A stretch of 64,000 nucleotides of DNA from Alphaproteobacteria bacterium (GTDB taxonomy: Bacteria; Pseudomonadota; Alphaproteobacteria; UBA7887): assembly GCA_965216755.1 (NCBI GenBank), contig CBDCGL010000011.1, positions 448,001-512,000 on the forward strand. The letters run 5' to 3'. Positions 11,735 through 21,568 of the stretch are shown here, piece by piece. The notes beneath the pieces were generated by a model that saw only the letters and a program-made list of their open reading frames with translations, ran no database searches and was not told the DNA's origin. Position numbers and translations under genes: made by a program. The number at the start of each line of letters is the position of its first letter. The stretch's first letter is position 1.

Positions 11735-12204
11735 AAAAACCTCCTCGAAGCGCCCTCCGGCAATGCACTGCGCAAACCTGATGGCTTCGCGCATCGCCTC
11801 CGGGCGTCCTCAAACACGCCAACACGGGGGTCCTCTTTGCACGCCGATTGGGGGGCCCAATTCAATGCCGGTTGACACTGAATCCGTTATTGGTTGCTTA
11901 TGCCCAGATTGCCGACATCCTGATCGGGCGAACGCGACCGCCGCAACGGACCCTCTATGGAAGCGAAGACCAACGGCACCGAGCCAATCCGATTCTTGGA
12001 TGGTCGCGTCGATTACCGAACGGGGCGCATCAATGCTGCCATCATGTGGTACTCGGTAGGTCCATGGACCTGTCAGGACGGACGCGATCACATCGGATCA
12101 AGTTGGGTGGCGACGATTTCTCGGGAATCACGGATGTACACACGGACCAAGAATTTGCTCATATAAGGAATCGCCGACAACGTGCGATCTCGGAGGGCTA
12201 AAGG

Positions 12205-13179
12205 ATGTCGGAGTTGCACCAAGACCTAATCGTTTTCGACGGCCTGAACGTTTCGAACTGGGGCCCGGCCGTGTTCGCGGATATGCGCCGCGGCGGCGTC
12301 ACGGCGGCGAACTGTACGGTCTGCGTATGGGAAGGTTTCGTGGACACCATGCGCAATATCGCGCGCTTCAAACGCTGGTTTCGCGAGCATGATGATCTGA
12401 TCGTTCAAGCGCGATCCGTGACCGATATCCGTCAAGCCAAGGACGATCATAAGACCGCAATCGTTCTCGGTTTTCAGAATGTATCGGCATTCGAAGACCA
12501 ACTTGGCTACGTGACGTTGTTTAAAGATGTTGGCGTCGGCATCGCCCAGCTGGCGTACAACACCCAGAATTTTGCTGGTTCAGGGTGCTATGAAAGCAGC
12601 GATGGCGGCCTGTCAGATTTCGGTCACGACCTGGTGGCGGAAATGAACCGTGTGGGCATCATGTGCGACCTGTCGCATGTCGGACCGAAAACGTCGGATG
12701 ATGTTATCCGGGCATCGACCCGCCCGGTTTGCTACTCGCATTGTCTGCCAGCCGGCCTAAAGGAACACCCGCGCAATAAGAGTGATGCGCAGCTTAAGGC
12801 CATGGCCGATGGCGGTGGCTTTGTTGGTGTGACCATGTTTCCAGCCTTTTTGAAGCAAGGTATCGATGCCACTGTCGACGACTATGTTGCGGCCATCGAT
12901 TATGTTGTCAATTTGATCGGCGAGGATACGGTGGGCATCGGCACTGACTTCACCCAAGATCACGATCACGCATTCTTTCAGTGGATCACTCACGACAAAG
13001 GCGATGGGCGCAGGCTCACGGACTTCGGCGCAATCATTAACCCGAAGGGCTTGCGCACGATCCGCGAGTTTCCCAATCTAACCGCGGCCATGGAACGGGC
13101 CGGCTGGGGTGAAACCAGAATCCGCAAAATCATGGGCGAGAATTGGGTGCGGGTTCTCGCCGACGTATGGGCGGGTTAG
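12205..13179 (+). CDS. Membrane dipeptidase (M19/renal dipeptidase family)
   Basis: QLAYN, DLSHVG, SHC, HPRNKSD and GIGTDF motifs. Confidence 0.9.
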   Translation: MSELHQDLIVFDGLNVSNWGPAVFADMRRGGVTAANCTVCVWEGFVDTMRNIARFKRWFREHDDLIVQARSVTDIRQAKDDHKTAIVLGFQNVSAFEDQLGYVTLFKDVGVGIAQLAYNTQNFAGSGCYESSDGGLSDFGHDLVAEMNRVGIMCDLSHVGPKTSDDVIRASTRPVCYSHCLPAGLKEHPRNKSDAQLKAMADGGGFVGVTMFPAFLKQGIDATVDDYVAAIDYVVNLIGEDTVGIGTDFTQDHDHAFFQWITHDKGDGRRLTDFGAIINPKGLRTIREFPNLTAAMERAGWGETRIRKIMGENWVRVLADVWAG

Positions 13180-13609
13180 TTCCGTGCGCCAATTCCACCA
13201 ATGGCTGTCGTTGCCACGCTGCCAGCCAACCGAACATCGCATCCATCCTGACCCGACGTTGCGGCGTCCATCGTCGGTGTTACGGCCTCCATGGCGCGTT
13301 TACATGCGCTCTTCGACGATAGAACCCGTCCCTCTGGGACGGCGGCACGACGCCAAGCTGGCCTGCGGCGGGCGCAGCGACTTTGTCCTGCATGCCGCCG
13401 CCTGGTCGAAGCAACATGCTCGTCGAGCCTATTTGATTGGCCGCCACTTTTCCGGAACAGACATTGTCGTCGGCCACAGATGTCCGATAGCCACTCATAC
13501 CCGACCTGTCAGCGACCACGATTCAAGTGTGGCTCATTTCATGGCAAAGTGAGCCACACATGCATAACTCTTTGACATGGATTGGGCTGGAGAAGCGCTC
13601 CAGCTCTGT

Positions 13610-14140
13610 TCACGACGGCCACTGGCGACGGATTGGGGCGGCGCCGTCCCAATCGATGGCGGCGGCCCGGACCGCGTCGAATATGCGCCGGCGCGTGTCT
13701 GTCATATGCGCCATCTCGATCACCGTGCCGGGATGACCTTCCTCACGCAAATAGACAAAGCGGCCGCGCGGGGTGTCGCCAGCCTGACCAAGGGAATAGC
13801 CGTTGGAGAGCGCGCGCTCAAGGCGGTCGTCGTAATCCTCCGGCCAGCTCGACCAATGCTGCATGCCCTCGTGCCCCGCGCCCAAGAATTCCTGATACAT
13901 ACTAGCCGTGTCACAACGCTGTTGAATAAGTTCAAGTTGCACCTCGCCGGAATTGGCCAGCGCGACCGAGAGGTGGATGTCATCAAATTCCTGGTCGTGA
14001 TAACGGAAAGTGGTCACCGGCAGCTTGTCGGTGTAGTACCACGGGCCAACGCCACACACCTCTATCCAGTGTTGCATGGCCGCTTCGATGTCGCGGACGA
14101 CAATGCCGATCTGGCGCAATTCGCCGAATAGACGGCTCAT
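13610..14140 (-). CDS. VOC/glyoxalase-family protein
   Basis: RQIGIVVRDIEAA, QLELIQQ, GMQHWS, VIEMA; RBS GGAGG before the ATG at 14140. Confidence 0.85.
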   Translation of the reverse strand: MSRLFGELRQIGIVVRDIEAAMQHWIEVCGVGPWYYTDKLPVTTFRYHDQEFDDIHLSVALANSGEVQLELIQQRCDTASMYQEFLGAGHEGMQHWSSWPEDYDDRLERALSNGYSLGQAGDTPRGRFVYLREEGHPGTVIEMAHMTDTRRRIFDAVRAAAIDWDGAAPIRRQWPS

Positions 14141-16117
14141 CCTCGCCTCCTCTGTGTCCAGTATTTGCTTAGTCGATACAGGACGGATCATATGCGAGCT
14201 GCCATGGAAACGGCAGCTCCCATCGAGACGAGCCAATACCTGGCGCGATCAAGCCCGGCCGGTACACGCATTGATACTGATTTCAATCCGGCGTAACATC
14301 TTGACTTAGCGGCTTGTTCAACTCGGCCGGTCTGGGTTGAAAGTGATGGCAGACCAGAAGCGCAAGCTTGCGGCGATTCTGAGTGCGGATGTGGTCGGCT
14401 ACTCGCGCTTGATGCGCGACGACGAAGCCGCGACGGTTGCGACGTTGCAAGAATACCGGGCGGCCGTTGGCCGGGTGATCGACCAGCGGGGCGGGCGCGT
14501 CGTCAACGCACCCGGCGACAATATCTTGGCCGAGTTTGTGAGCGCCGTTGAGGCAGTCCAAGCCGCCGTCGAAATCCAGAGGAATATCGAAGGTCGCAAT
14601 GCCGAGCTACCAGAGACTCGGCGCATGCAGCTACGGGTTGGGGTCAATCTTGGCGATGTGATCGAGGAAGAGGACGGCACTATTTATGGCGACGGCGTCA
14701 ACGTCGCTGCGCGCATGGAATCGTTGGCGGATAGCGCCGGCATTTGCGTCTCCAGCACAGTTTACGACGCTGTCGAAGGCAAGCTTGATTTTGGTTTTGA
14801 CTTCCTTGGCGCGCAGCCCGTCAAGGACATCGACAAGCCGGTGCGCGTCTACCGCGTGCGCGCGGAGGCTGGAAGCAGGTCTCCAAAGGGCCGGCCACGA
14901 GTCGCCCAACGCCTATCCTTGGTTGTCGGCGCCCTGGCGGGGATAGTTGCTGCAGTTGTCGTTGGTTGGTGGGTAACCCAAGGGCCAGTAGCCCTCCAAC
15001 AGGAGACAGCAGAAGGATCGTTGACCAATGATCCGATTCTCGCAATGCCGACGGGACCGGCGATTGCCGTTCTGCCATTTGAGAACATAAGTGACGACGA
15101 GAGTCAGGACTATTTTTCGGATGGCGTCACCGAAGACATCATCACGGAGCTGTCGCGCTTCGACGAAATCCACGTCATTTCCCGAAACTCGACCTTTCAG
15201 TTTAAGGATAAAGCCGTTGACGTGCGCAAAGTCGCGCAGGACCTGGGCGCCGATTACATTGTCGAAGGCAGTGTTCGCAGGGCAAGCAATCGTATTCGGG
15301 TGACGGCTCAATTGCTTGACGCCGGGGAAGGCACACATCTATGGGCCGATTCGTACGATCGCCAATTGACCGCCGACAATATCTTCGATGTTCAAGATGA
15401 GATCGTCGGCCAAGTTGTGACAACCATTGCCGACGCCTATGGCATCATCGCGACCAGCCGGCTCCAAATCGCGCAGCGTTCCGAAGCCCACGATCTGGGT
15501 GCCTATGAGTGTGTTTTGCGCGCCCACGAATATTACGGAAGTAGCGACTATACCGTGGACGCTGCGAAGCATCTGGTGGTCAGAACGTGCCTCGAAGAAG
15601 CCGTCAAAACCGATCCGACATACGCCGACGCCTGGATTTGGTTGGCGGGAATGTATCGAGATGAAGCTTGGTATGGTCACAATGCGATACCGGATCCGTG
15701 GGGCCGCATGGAAGCGGTGCTGCGGCGCGGCCTTGATTTGGATTCCAACCACCAAGCTGGACATGCGTTCCTTGCCGACCTCTATAAGGAGAGAAAACAG
15801 GAGGAATTGTTCTTCGAAGCCGCAAGACGGGCGATCGAGCTTAACCCCAATAGCGCGAATATTTTGGCATGGATGGGCGCTGCCATCGCCACATGGGGCC
15901 AATGGGACCAGGGGATTCCGCTTATGCGGAAAGGTGTCGCACTAAGCCATACGCCGCCTGCATGGATGTTTTGGACCATTTCTTGGGACCACTACAGGCG
16001 GGGTGAATACGAGGAGTCACTCTCTGTCGCAATGAAGGGGTACGTGAATTGGCCCCCATTTCGACCGGACAGTCGGCGTAAGCAGGGAGGCTTAGGCATA
16101 GCCCTAAGCATGTGCTT

Positions 16118-16507
16118 ATGTCTGATGACTTTCAGCGGATCGAAGTGATCACAGGAACCGCACGTCGACGGCATTGGTCGGCCCAACAAAAGCTGGCGAT
16201 TGTCGAGGAAACGCTTGCGCCTGGTGCGAGTGTTTCGGCTGTCGCCCGACGTCATGGGGTTGGCGCCAATTTAGTGTATCGTTGGCGGCGGTTGATGAAA
16301 GAAGGGGGCGCCGTGGCTGTGGGGGCAGACGAGACGGTGGTCGGCGAAGCGCAGGTCAAGAAGCTTGAGGCACAAGTACGTGAACTCGAGCGCTTGCTTG
16401 GCAAGAAGACCATGGAGGTGGAAATCCTGCGCGAGGCCCTTGAGCGGTCGCGGGCAAAAAAACCGATCTTGCACGTTGCCTCGCCGCTACGGGGCGATAC
16501 CCGATGA
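16118..16507 (+). CDS. IS2-group OrfA
   Basis: RRRHWSAQQKLAIVEET..SVSAVARRHGVGANLVYRWRR HTH followed by a leucine zipper. Confidence 0.9.
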   Translation: MSDDFQRIEVITGTARRRHWSAQQKLAIVEETLAPGASVSAVARRHGVGANLVYRWRRLMKEGGAVAVGADETVVGEAQVKKLEAQVRELERLLGKKTMEVEILREALERSRAKKPILHVASPLRGDTR

Positions 16508-17331
16508 GCGCCGTGGCCAGAACGCTGGGCGTGTCGCGCTCGAACCTGTACGAGCGGACACAGGGGGCCAACCGATCGCGCGGCGCTTATCGCAAACCGG
16601 GCGACGCGGCCTTGTTGGAACTGATCCGCCGTCTTGTCGATGAACGGCCGACTTACGGCTATCGCCGGATCACGGCCCTGGCGCGCCGAGAGTTAGCGCG
16701 CGTCAACGAACCCCTGCCGAACCACAAGCGCGTCTATCGGCTCATGAAGCGACATGGTTTGTTGCTGCGCAAATCGTCTGGACGTCGTGACGGCCGTGTC
16801 CATGACGGCAAAGTCGTCGTCATGAGTTCGAACTTGCGATGGTGCTCGGACGGCTTTGAGTTCGCGTGTTGGAACGGTGACATTGTCCGCGCCGCGTTTG
16901 TCATTGATGCTCACGATCGGGAGTTGATCGCCCATGTCGCCGTTTCCGGCCGGGGCATCAGCGGTTCGGACGTGCGCGACATGATGCTCGAAGCGGTTGA
17001 AACACGGTTCGCGACACTGTCCGCGCCGCGGCGGATCGAATTCCTGTCCGACAACGGATCACCCTACACCGCCAAGGACACGCGCGACTTTGCCATGGCG
17101 CTCAATTTGGAACCATGTTTCACGCCGGTCGCCAGTCCTGAAAGCAACGGCCTTGCCGAGGCTTTTGTGAAAACCATCAAGCGCGATTATGTCCGGGTCA
17201 ATCAGATCCCGGACGCCAAAACCGCGCTTGAACAAATCACCGGATGGTTCGAGGATTACAACGACAATCATCCACATTCCGGGCTCAAATGGAGATCGCC
17301 CCGCGAATTCCGAGGAGCCCAAAACACATAG
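16504..17331 (+). CDS. IS2-group OrfB (DDE integrase core)
   Basis: PTYGYRRI, WCSDGFEF, LSDNGSPY, SNGLAEAFVKTIKRDY. Confidence 0.92.
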   Translation: MSAVARTLGVSRSNLYERTQGANRSRGAYRKPGDAALLELIRRLVDERPTYGYRRITALARRELARVNEPLPNHKRVYRLMKRHGLLLRKSSGRRDGRVHDGKVVVMSSNLRWCSDGFEFACWNGDIVRAAFVIDAHDRELIAHVAVSGRGISGSDVRDMMLEAVETRFATLSAPRRIEFLSDNGSPYTAKDTRDFAMALNLEPCFTPVASPESNGLAEAFVKTIKRDYVRVNQIPDAKTALEQITGWFEDYNDNHPHSGLKWRSPREFRGAQNT

Positions 17332-17676
17332 CCGGGTGTCCGATCAAACGGGGGCAACACCAGTACGCGCCAACAGATCCATGGTTCCTCGCTCAAATCA
17401 TTCCAGTCTACGTTCAGCTCGTCGAAAGGCCGACGCTGAAGCGGCACTTCATCAAATGCTCACTCTTGACCCTAATATTGGGCGGAACGTTCGCGGGGGC
17501 TTCTCATCTTGGACATACGATGAAGAGCTTGTTGAGCGCATGGTGACCGACTTGCGAGAGGCCGGTCTCGAGGTTCCCGAGACAAGCATCGAGAATCCGT
17601 GACAAACGCCTGGGTCGAACCACCCCACCCATCATTGACAGTTTTCTAGGATCGGCCAGAATCAATTGACCGTACC

Positions 17677-20600
17677 GTGTCATGGGAGCGCTTCTTGGCC
17701 GACGGTAAAGGTCCGAAACAGAGACTTGCGGCGATTTTGGCCGCAGACGTGGCCGGTTACTCGCGCCTGATGCAGGCCGATGAACGGGCGACCATCGCCA
17801 CGCTCAACGAATATCGCAGCCTGTTCCGTGCTGAGATCGAAACCCATGACGGCCGCGTGGTCGACATGGCCGGTGACAGCGTCCTTGCCGTATTCGACTC
17901 CGCCATCGGCGCGGTCACCGCGGCGGTGCAGATCCAGGGCGAGCTGGCAAAGCGCAACGTGGCTCTGCCCGACGACCGGCGCATGGCGTTTCGCATCGGC
18001 GTTAATCTGGGCGACATTTTCGAGCAGGCTGACGGCACGATTTATGGCGATGGCGTCAATGTGGCCGCACGCCTGGAAGCCATTGCCAGCCCCAGTGGCA
18101 TCAACGTCTCGGGGAGCGTGTTCGACAGCGTGCGCTCCAAGGTTGGCGTCTCGTTTGACTTTTTGGGCGAGCAAGAGGTCAAGAACATCGCCGGCCCGGT
18201 CCGTACATATCGTGTCGCCGATGGCGAAGAGGTGCGTTCGGACACACCGCTGCGGCGATCAAAGCGCAACCTCGTTATCGGATTGGCCGCGGCGGCTTCA
18301 ATCCTTGTTGTCGGTGGTTTGTGGGGCGTCGGCCTGTTTACAGCGCAGGCCCCCGACGGGCGCGAAAAAAGCGCGAGCGCGCTGGCGGACGTCGACAGCC
18401 CGGCAGGCCGCGCGCCGCCGTCGGATAAAGCTTCGGTAGCCGTGCTACCGTTTCAGAATCTCAGCACTGACCCGGCGCATGCTTTCCTCGCCGATGGTTT
18501 GCACGAGAACATTACCTCGACACTGTCTCAGGCCCGCCGCCTGTTTGTCCCGGCCCGCTTTTCCACACTCCAATACAAAATCCCGGACGTTGACATAGGG
18601 ATCGTCGCGCGCACGCTTGGCGTTGCGCATGTGTTGGAAGGCAGCGTGCAAGTAGCGGGAGAGCAAGTTCGCATTACCATGCAGTTGATTGACGCCGCCA
18701 CCGGCGGTCACATCTGGACCGAGCGCTATGACCGACCACTCGACGACGTCTTTGTTCTGCAGGACGAAATCACACTCGACGTTGTCAGTGCACTACAGGT
18801 AAAGCTGATCGAAGGCGCGCAAGCCCTGCGATGGCGCGGCGGCACGGTCAATCTTGAGGCCTGGGCCCTAGCACAAAGCGCGCTGGTCCATATTCGCCGT
18901 TTCAACCAGGAAGACCATGCCGAGGCGCGCGCACTTGTCGAACGCGCACTCCAACTGGACCCTGACTATGCACTCGCCTGGACTTTGTTGGGCTACATCT
19001 ATCAGCAGATTTTTGATGAAGGCTGGGTTGATGATCCCTCGCTTCTCAACCAAGCACAAATCTGTGCTGAAAAGGCGATAGCACTCGACCCCAATCTGCC
19101 GCTTGCACATACGCTCATTGGCTTCGTTGCGTTGAGCAGAGGCAACGTCGATGTGGCAGTGGCCCAGGCTGAAAAGGCGATTGCGATCGATCCCAATGGC
19201 TCAATCTCGCGTATGCACCTCGCGATATTTCTCAATGTCGCCGGAGACCCGGACAAGGCCCTGAGTTTGATCGACGAGGCCATGGCGTTGAGTCCGATTT
19301 ATCCCGATTTTTATCTCTGGAATAGGGCCCACGCGCTTCTCCTGGCCGGTGAGTACGACGAGGCAGCCGATCTATTCGTCAAATACCAGCAACGTGTCCC
19401 GGGCGATTGGCCTATTTTGACAACGATTGCCTTGGCGAAGGCAGGTCGAAACGAAGACGCGGCGGCGTACATCGAGGAAATGATGGACGAGACCTCGGGC
19501 TTCTCGATCGATCTTGCACGCGATCAACTCGATCGCCGATATCCCTACAAGGATCAGTCTATCCTGGAGGGGCATCTCCACACGTTGCGAGGTCTCGGCG
19601 TGCCTGAGCATCCGCCACGTGCCGATGCCGACAAACCATCGATTGCAGTGCTACCGTTTGTGAACTTGAGCGGCGATCCGGACCAGGACTATTTTGCCAA
19701 AGGCATCAGCGAGGAATTGATCACGGCGCTGGGGCGATTCCCGGCGCTTCGGGTGGCGGCTCGGGGCACATCTCGCGAAATGACCGGACAAGACCCAAGA
19801 AGAGTCGCCGAGGCTCTCAATGTGGATTTTGTGCTCGAAGGATCGGTGCGTAAAGCCGGCGCGACCGTGCGTGTTGACGCCAGCCTTGAAGCCGCCGACG
19901 GCACGCAGGTTTGGGCGGAGCGCTTCGACCGCGACCTGACCGCAACCAACCTGTTCGCAATCCAGGATGACATCACAAGCCGCGTCGCGGCTGCGCTTGC
20001 AAGCGGTCGCGGCGCCATCAGCGCTGGTGTCGTTGCCCGGCGAGCGCGGAGCCGCACGGCCGACTTGAGTGCATATGAATGCTACTTACGTGCCTTAGCA
20101 AGTCTCCAGTCCCCGAACCCGAAACGACACACGGCAGCACGCGATTGCCTGGAAGCTGCGGTTGCGGCAAATCCAGATTTTATCGATGGCTGGTCAGCCC
20201 TTAGATGGCTCTACGAGTCAGAGCATGTGCTGGGCTTTAACCCACGTCCGCGGCCGTTAGACCGCGCGCTTGATGCTGCACGCAGGGTGGTTGCGCTTGA
20301 CCCCAATCATCCCAAAGGCTTGCACGGTCTCGCGTCAATCCATTTCATGCGACGGGACTTAGAACAGTTTTTCGACACAGCGGAGCGTGCGCTGCGCGTC
20401 AACCCCAACGATACAGAAACGTTGGCCGATCTAGGCTGGATGATCGCATATGCAGGGCGTTGGGAACGTGGCATCAAGCTGTTAGAACAGGCGAATGAAA
20501 TCAATCCATCGATTGGTAAGTGGATCTACATCGCGTATGCGATCGATAAGTACAGGCGCCGCGATTATGTCGGCGCGCTAGCTGATGCGCAGCGCGCCCA

Positions 20601-20832
20601 GATGCCGGATTTCAGGCGCGATCCATTTGTGACGACGATCGCGCTCGCGCAGGTGGGCCGTATCGATGATGCCAAAGTGAGCCTTGCGCGCATGCTTGAG
20701 CTTCATCCCGAGTTCGCCGACGATCCCTGGGGCGAATGCCGCAAGTGGAACTGGTCCGAAGATCTGATCGCCGACATCCTGGACGGCTTCGAGAAAGCCG
20801 GCCTGCAGATTCCGCCTGATCCGGCTGGGTAA
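17677..20832 (+). CDS. Class III adenylate/guanylate cyclase with TM helix and two TolB-like/TPR modules
   Basis: LAAILAADVAGYSRLM, GDGVNVAARLE; SVAVLPFQNLS and a second SIAVLPFVNLS, each followed by TPRs. Start may be the TTG at 17695. Confidence 0.9.
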   Translation: MSWERFLADGKGPKQRLAAILAADVAGYSRLMQADERATIATLNEYRSLFRAEIETHDGRVVDMAGDSVLAVFDSAIGAVTAAVQIQGELAKRNVALPDDRRMAFRIGVNLGDIFEQADGTIYGDGVNVAARLEAIASPSGINVSGSVFDSVRSKVGVSFDFLGEQEVKNIAGPVRTYRVADGEEVRSDTPLRRSKRNLVIGLAAAASILVVGGLWGVGLFTAQAPDGREKSASALADVDSPAGRAPPSDKASVAVLPFQNLSTDPAHAFLADGLHENITSTLSQARRLFVPARFSTLQYKIPDVDIGIVARTLGVAHVLEGSVQVAGEQVRITMQLIDAATGGHIWTERYDRPLDDVFVLQDEITLDVVSALQVKLIEGAQALRWRGGTVNLEAWALAQSALVHIRRFNQEDHAEARALVERALQLDPDYALAWTLLGYIYQQIFDEGWVDDPSLLNQAQICAEKAIALDPNLPLAHTLIGFVALSRGNVDVAVAQAEKAIAIDPNGSISRMHLAIFLNVAGDPDKALSLIDEAMALSPIYPDFYLWNRAHALLLAGEYDEAADLFVKYQQRVPGDWPILTTIALAKAGRNEDAAAYIEEMMDETSGFSIDLARDQLDRRYPYKDQSILEGHLHTLRGLGVPEHPPRADADKPSIAVLPFVNLSGDPDQDYFAKGISEELITALGRFPALRVAARGTSREMTGQDPRRVAEALNVDFVLEGSVRKAGATVRVDASLEAADGTQVWAERFDRDLTATNLFAIQDDITSRVAAALASGRGAISAGVVARRARSRTADLSAYECYLRALASLQSPNPKRHTAARDCLEAAVAANPDFIDGWSALRWLYESEHVLGFNPRPRPLDRALDAARRVVALDPNHPKGLHGLASIHFMRRDLEQFFDTAERALRVNPNDTETLADLGWMIAYAGRWERGIKLLEQANEINPSIGKWIYIAYAIDKYRRRDYVGALADAQRAQMPDFRRDPFVTTIALAQVGRIDDAKVSLARMLELHPEFADDPWGECRKWNWSEDLIADILDGFEKAGLQIPPDPAG

Positions 20833-20953
20833 ATTGGCGCGTTCTGGTCCGGTGAATAGTACGGATCGCCGAACAGCGAATTTGCCGAATTGGCCATGTC
20901 TAAGCTTTCCTGCTCACGCCAACTGTCCGGTCGAAATGGGGGGCAGTACATGG

Positions 20954-21385
20954 TCATTCGTAGATTTCGCCGTCGAACGTCTCTCTTGTTACACCTTCGG
21001 CCTCCGGGTTGAAACCGAGTTCGATCTGCACGCCGTTGGGGTCATTGAAGAAGACTTGTATAACTCTTCCGCCGCCCGCCAGCCTTTTTCTGTATTTCAC
21101 GCCGTTCTTTTCGAGAACAACGAGCTGTTCTGCGAGGCCCGATCCCCACATTGCGAAATGGTCGAGCCCCTTGCCCATGGCGTCTGGATTGGTCCGCGGC
21201 GGGCTGTCCCGGTCAACTGGTGATATATGGATGATCGGCATATCATCGGCGTACATCCAGTAGCCCGGCTCCGGGAACGGCGGGCGGAATCCGTTCTTGA
21301 GGCCGAGCACTTCCGCATAGAAGTCACGCGTTTCCTCAAGACTGGTCGCACGAATGTTGACGTGGTTCAAATGGTATCTCGACAT
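20954..21385 (-). CDS. VOC/glyoxalase-family protein
   Basis: LNHVNIRA..FYAEVLGL, LDHFA, FNDPNGVQIEL. Confidence 0.9.
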   Translation of the reverse strand: MSRYHLNHVNIRATSLEETRDFYAEVLGLKNGFRPPFPEPGYWMYADDMPIIHISPVDRDSPPRTNPDAMGKGLDHFAMWGSGLAEQLVVLEKNGVKYRKRLAGGGRVIQVFFNDPNGVQIELGFNPEAEGVTRETFDGEIYE

Positions 21386-21568
21386 GATGCTCTCCCCCGT
21401 GAAATTGGCCTGCCTGCTGGAGGCTGCGCGTAAACACTGAAACCAATTCGAGGCTCATTATTTCCCGGCAATTCAAGTGCTTTGCAGCGTCCCCCAGGGT
21501 CGTCGGAAACGACCCGCCGGCAAGGGCCGCTGCCGGAGTGATGCTGTTTATCTCCGACACTCGATCAC

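Larger units (their letters stand above)
9393..11877 (+). mobile_element. Complete IS21-family element
   Basis: TGT...ACA ends with imperfect IRs (TGTAGATCGGCGTGGAAT / TGTCAACCGGCATTGAAT); 7-bp direct repeat CTGAATC at 9386-9392 and 11878-11884; carries istA and istB. Confidence 0.95.
16045..17362 (+). mobile_element. Complete IS3-family (IS2 group) element
   Basis: TG...CA ends with IRs TGAATTGGCCCCCATTTCGACCGGACA / TGGTGTTGCCCCCGTTTGATCGGACA; 5-bp duplication GTACG at 16040-16044 and 17363-17367; A7 slippery run at 16456-16462. Confidence 0.95.
14346..17602 (+). pseudogene. Class III adenylate/guanylate cyclase with TolB-like and TPR domains, disrupted by an IS2-group element
   Basis: RKLAAILSADVVGYSRLM, GDGVNVAARME, IAVLPFENIS; the frame resumes after 17367 (YAPTDPWFLAQ...) and needs a further 1-nt shift to reach ...DLREAGLEVP. 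Confidence 0.85.

Noticed and set aside
9260-12200. Possible gene split by IS21 (FEREWLTGLFDGRSVLNWE/LNPLLVAYAQ)
   Set aside because: Upstream stop codon, no start and no recognisable family.
14271-14287. TTGAT...TTCAA possible FNR box
   Set aside because: The spacer is 6 nt rather than 4.
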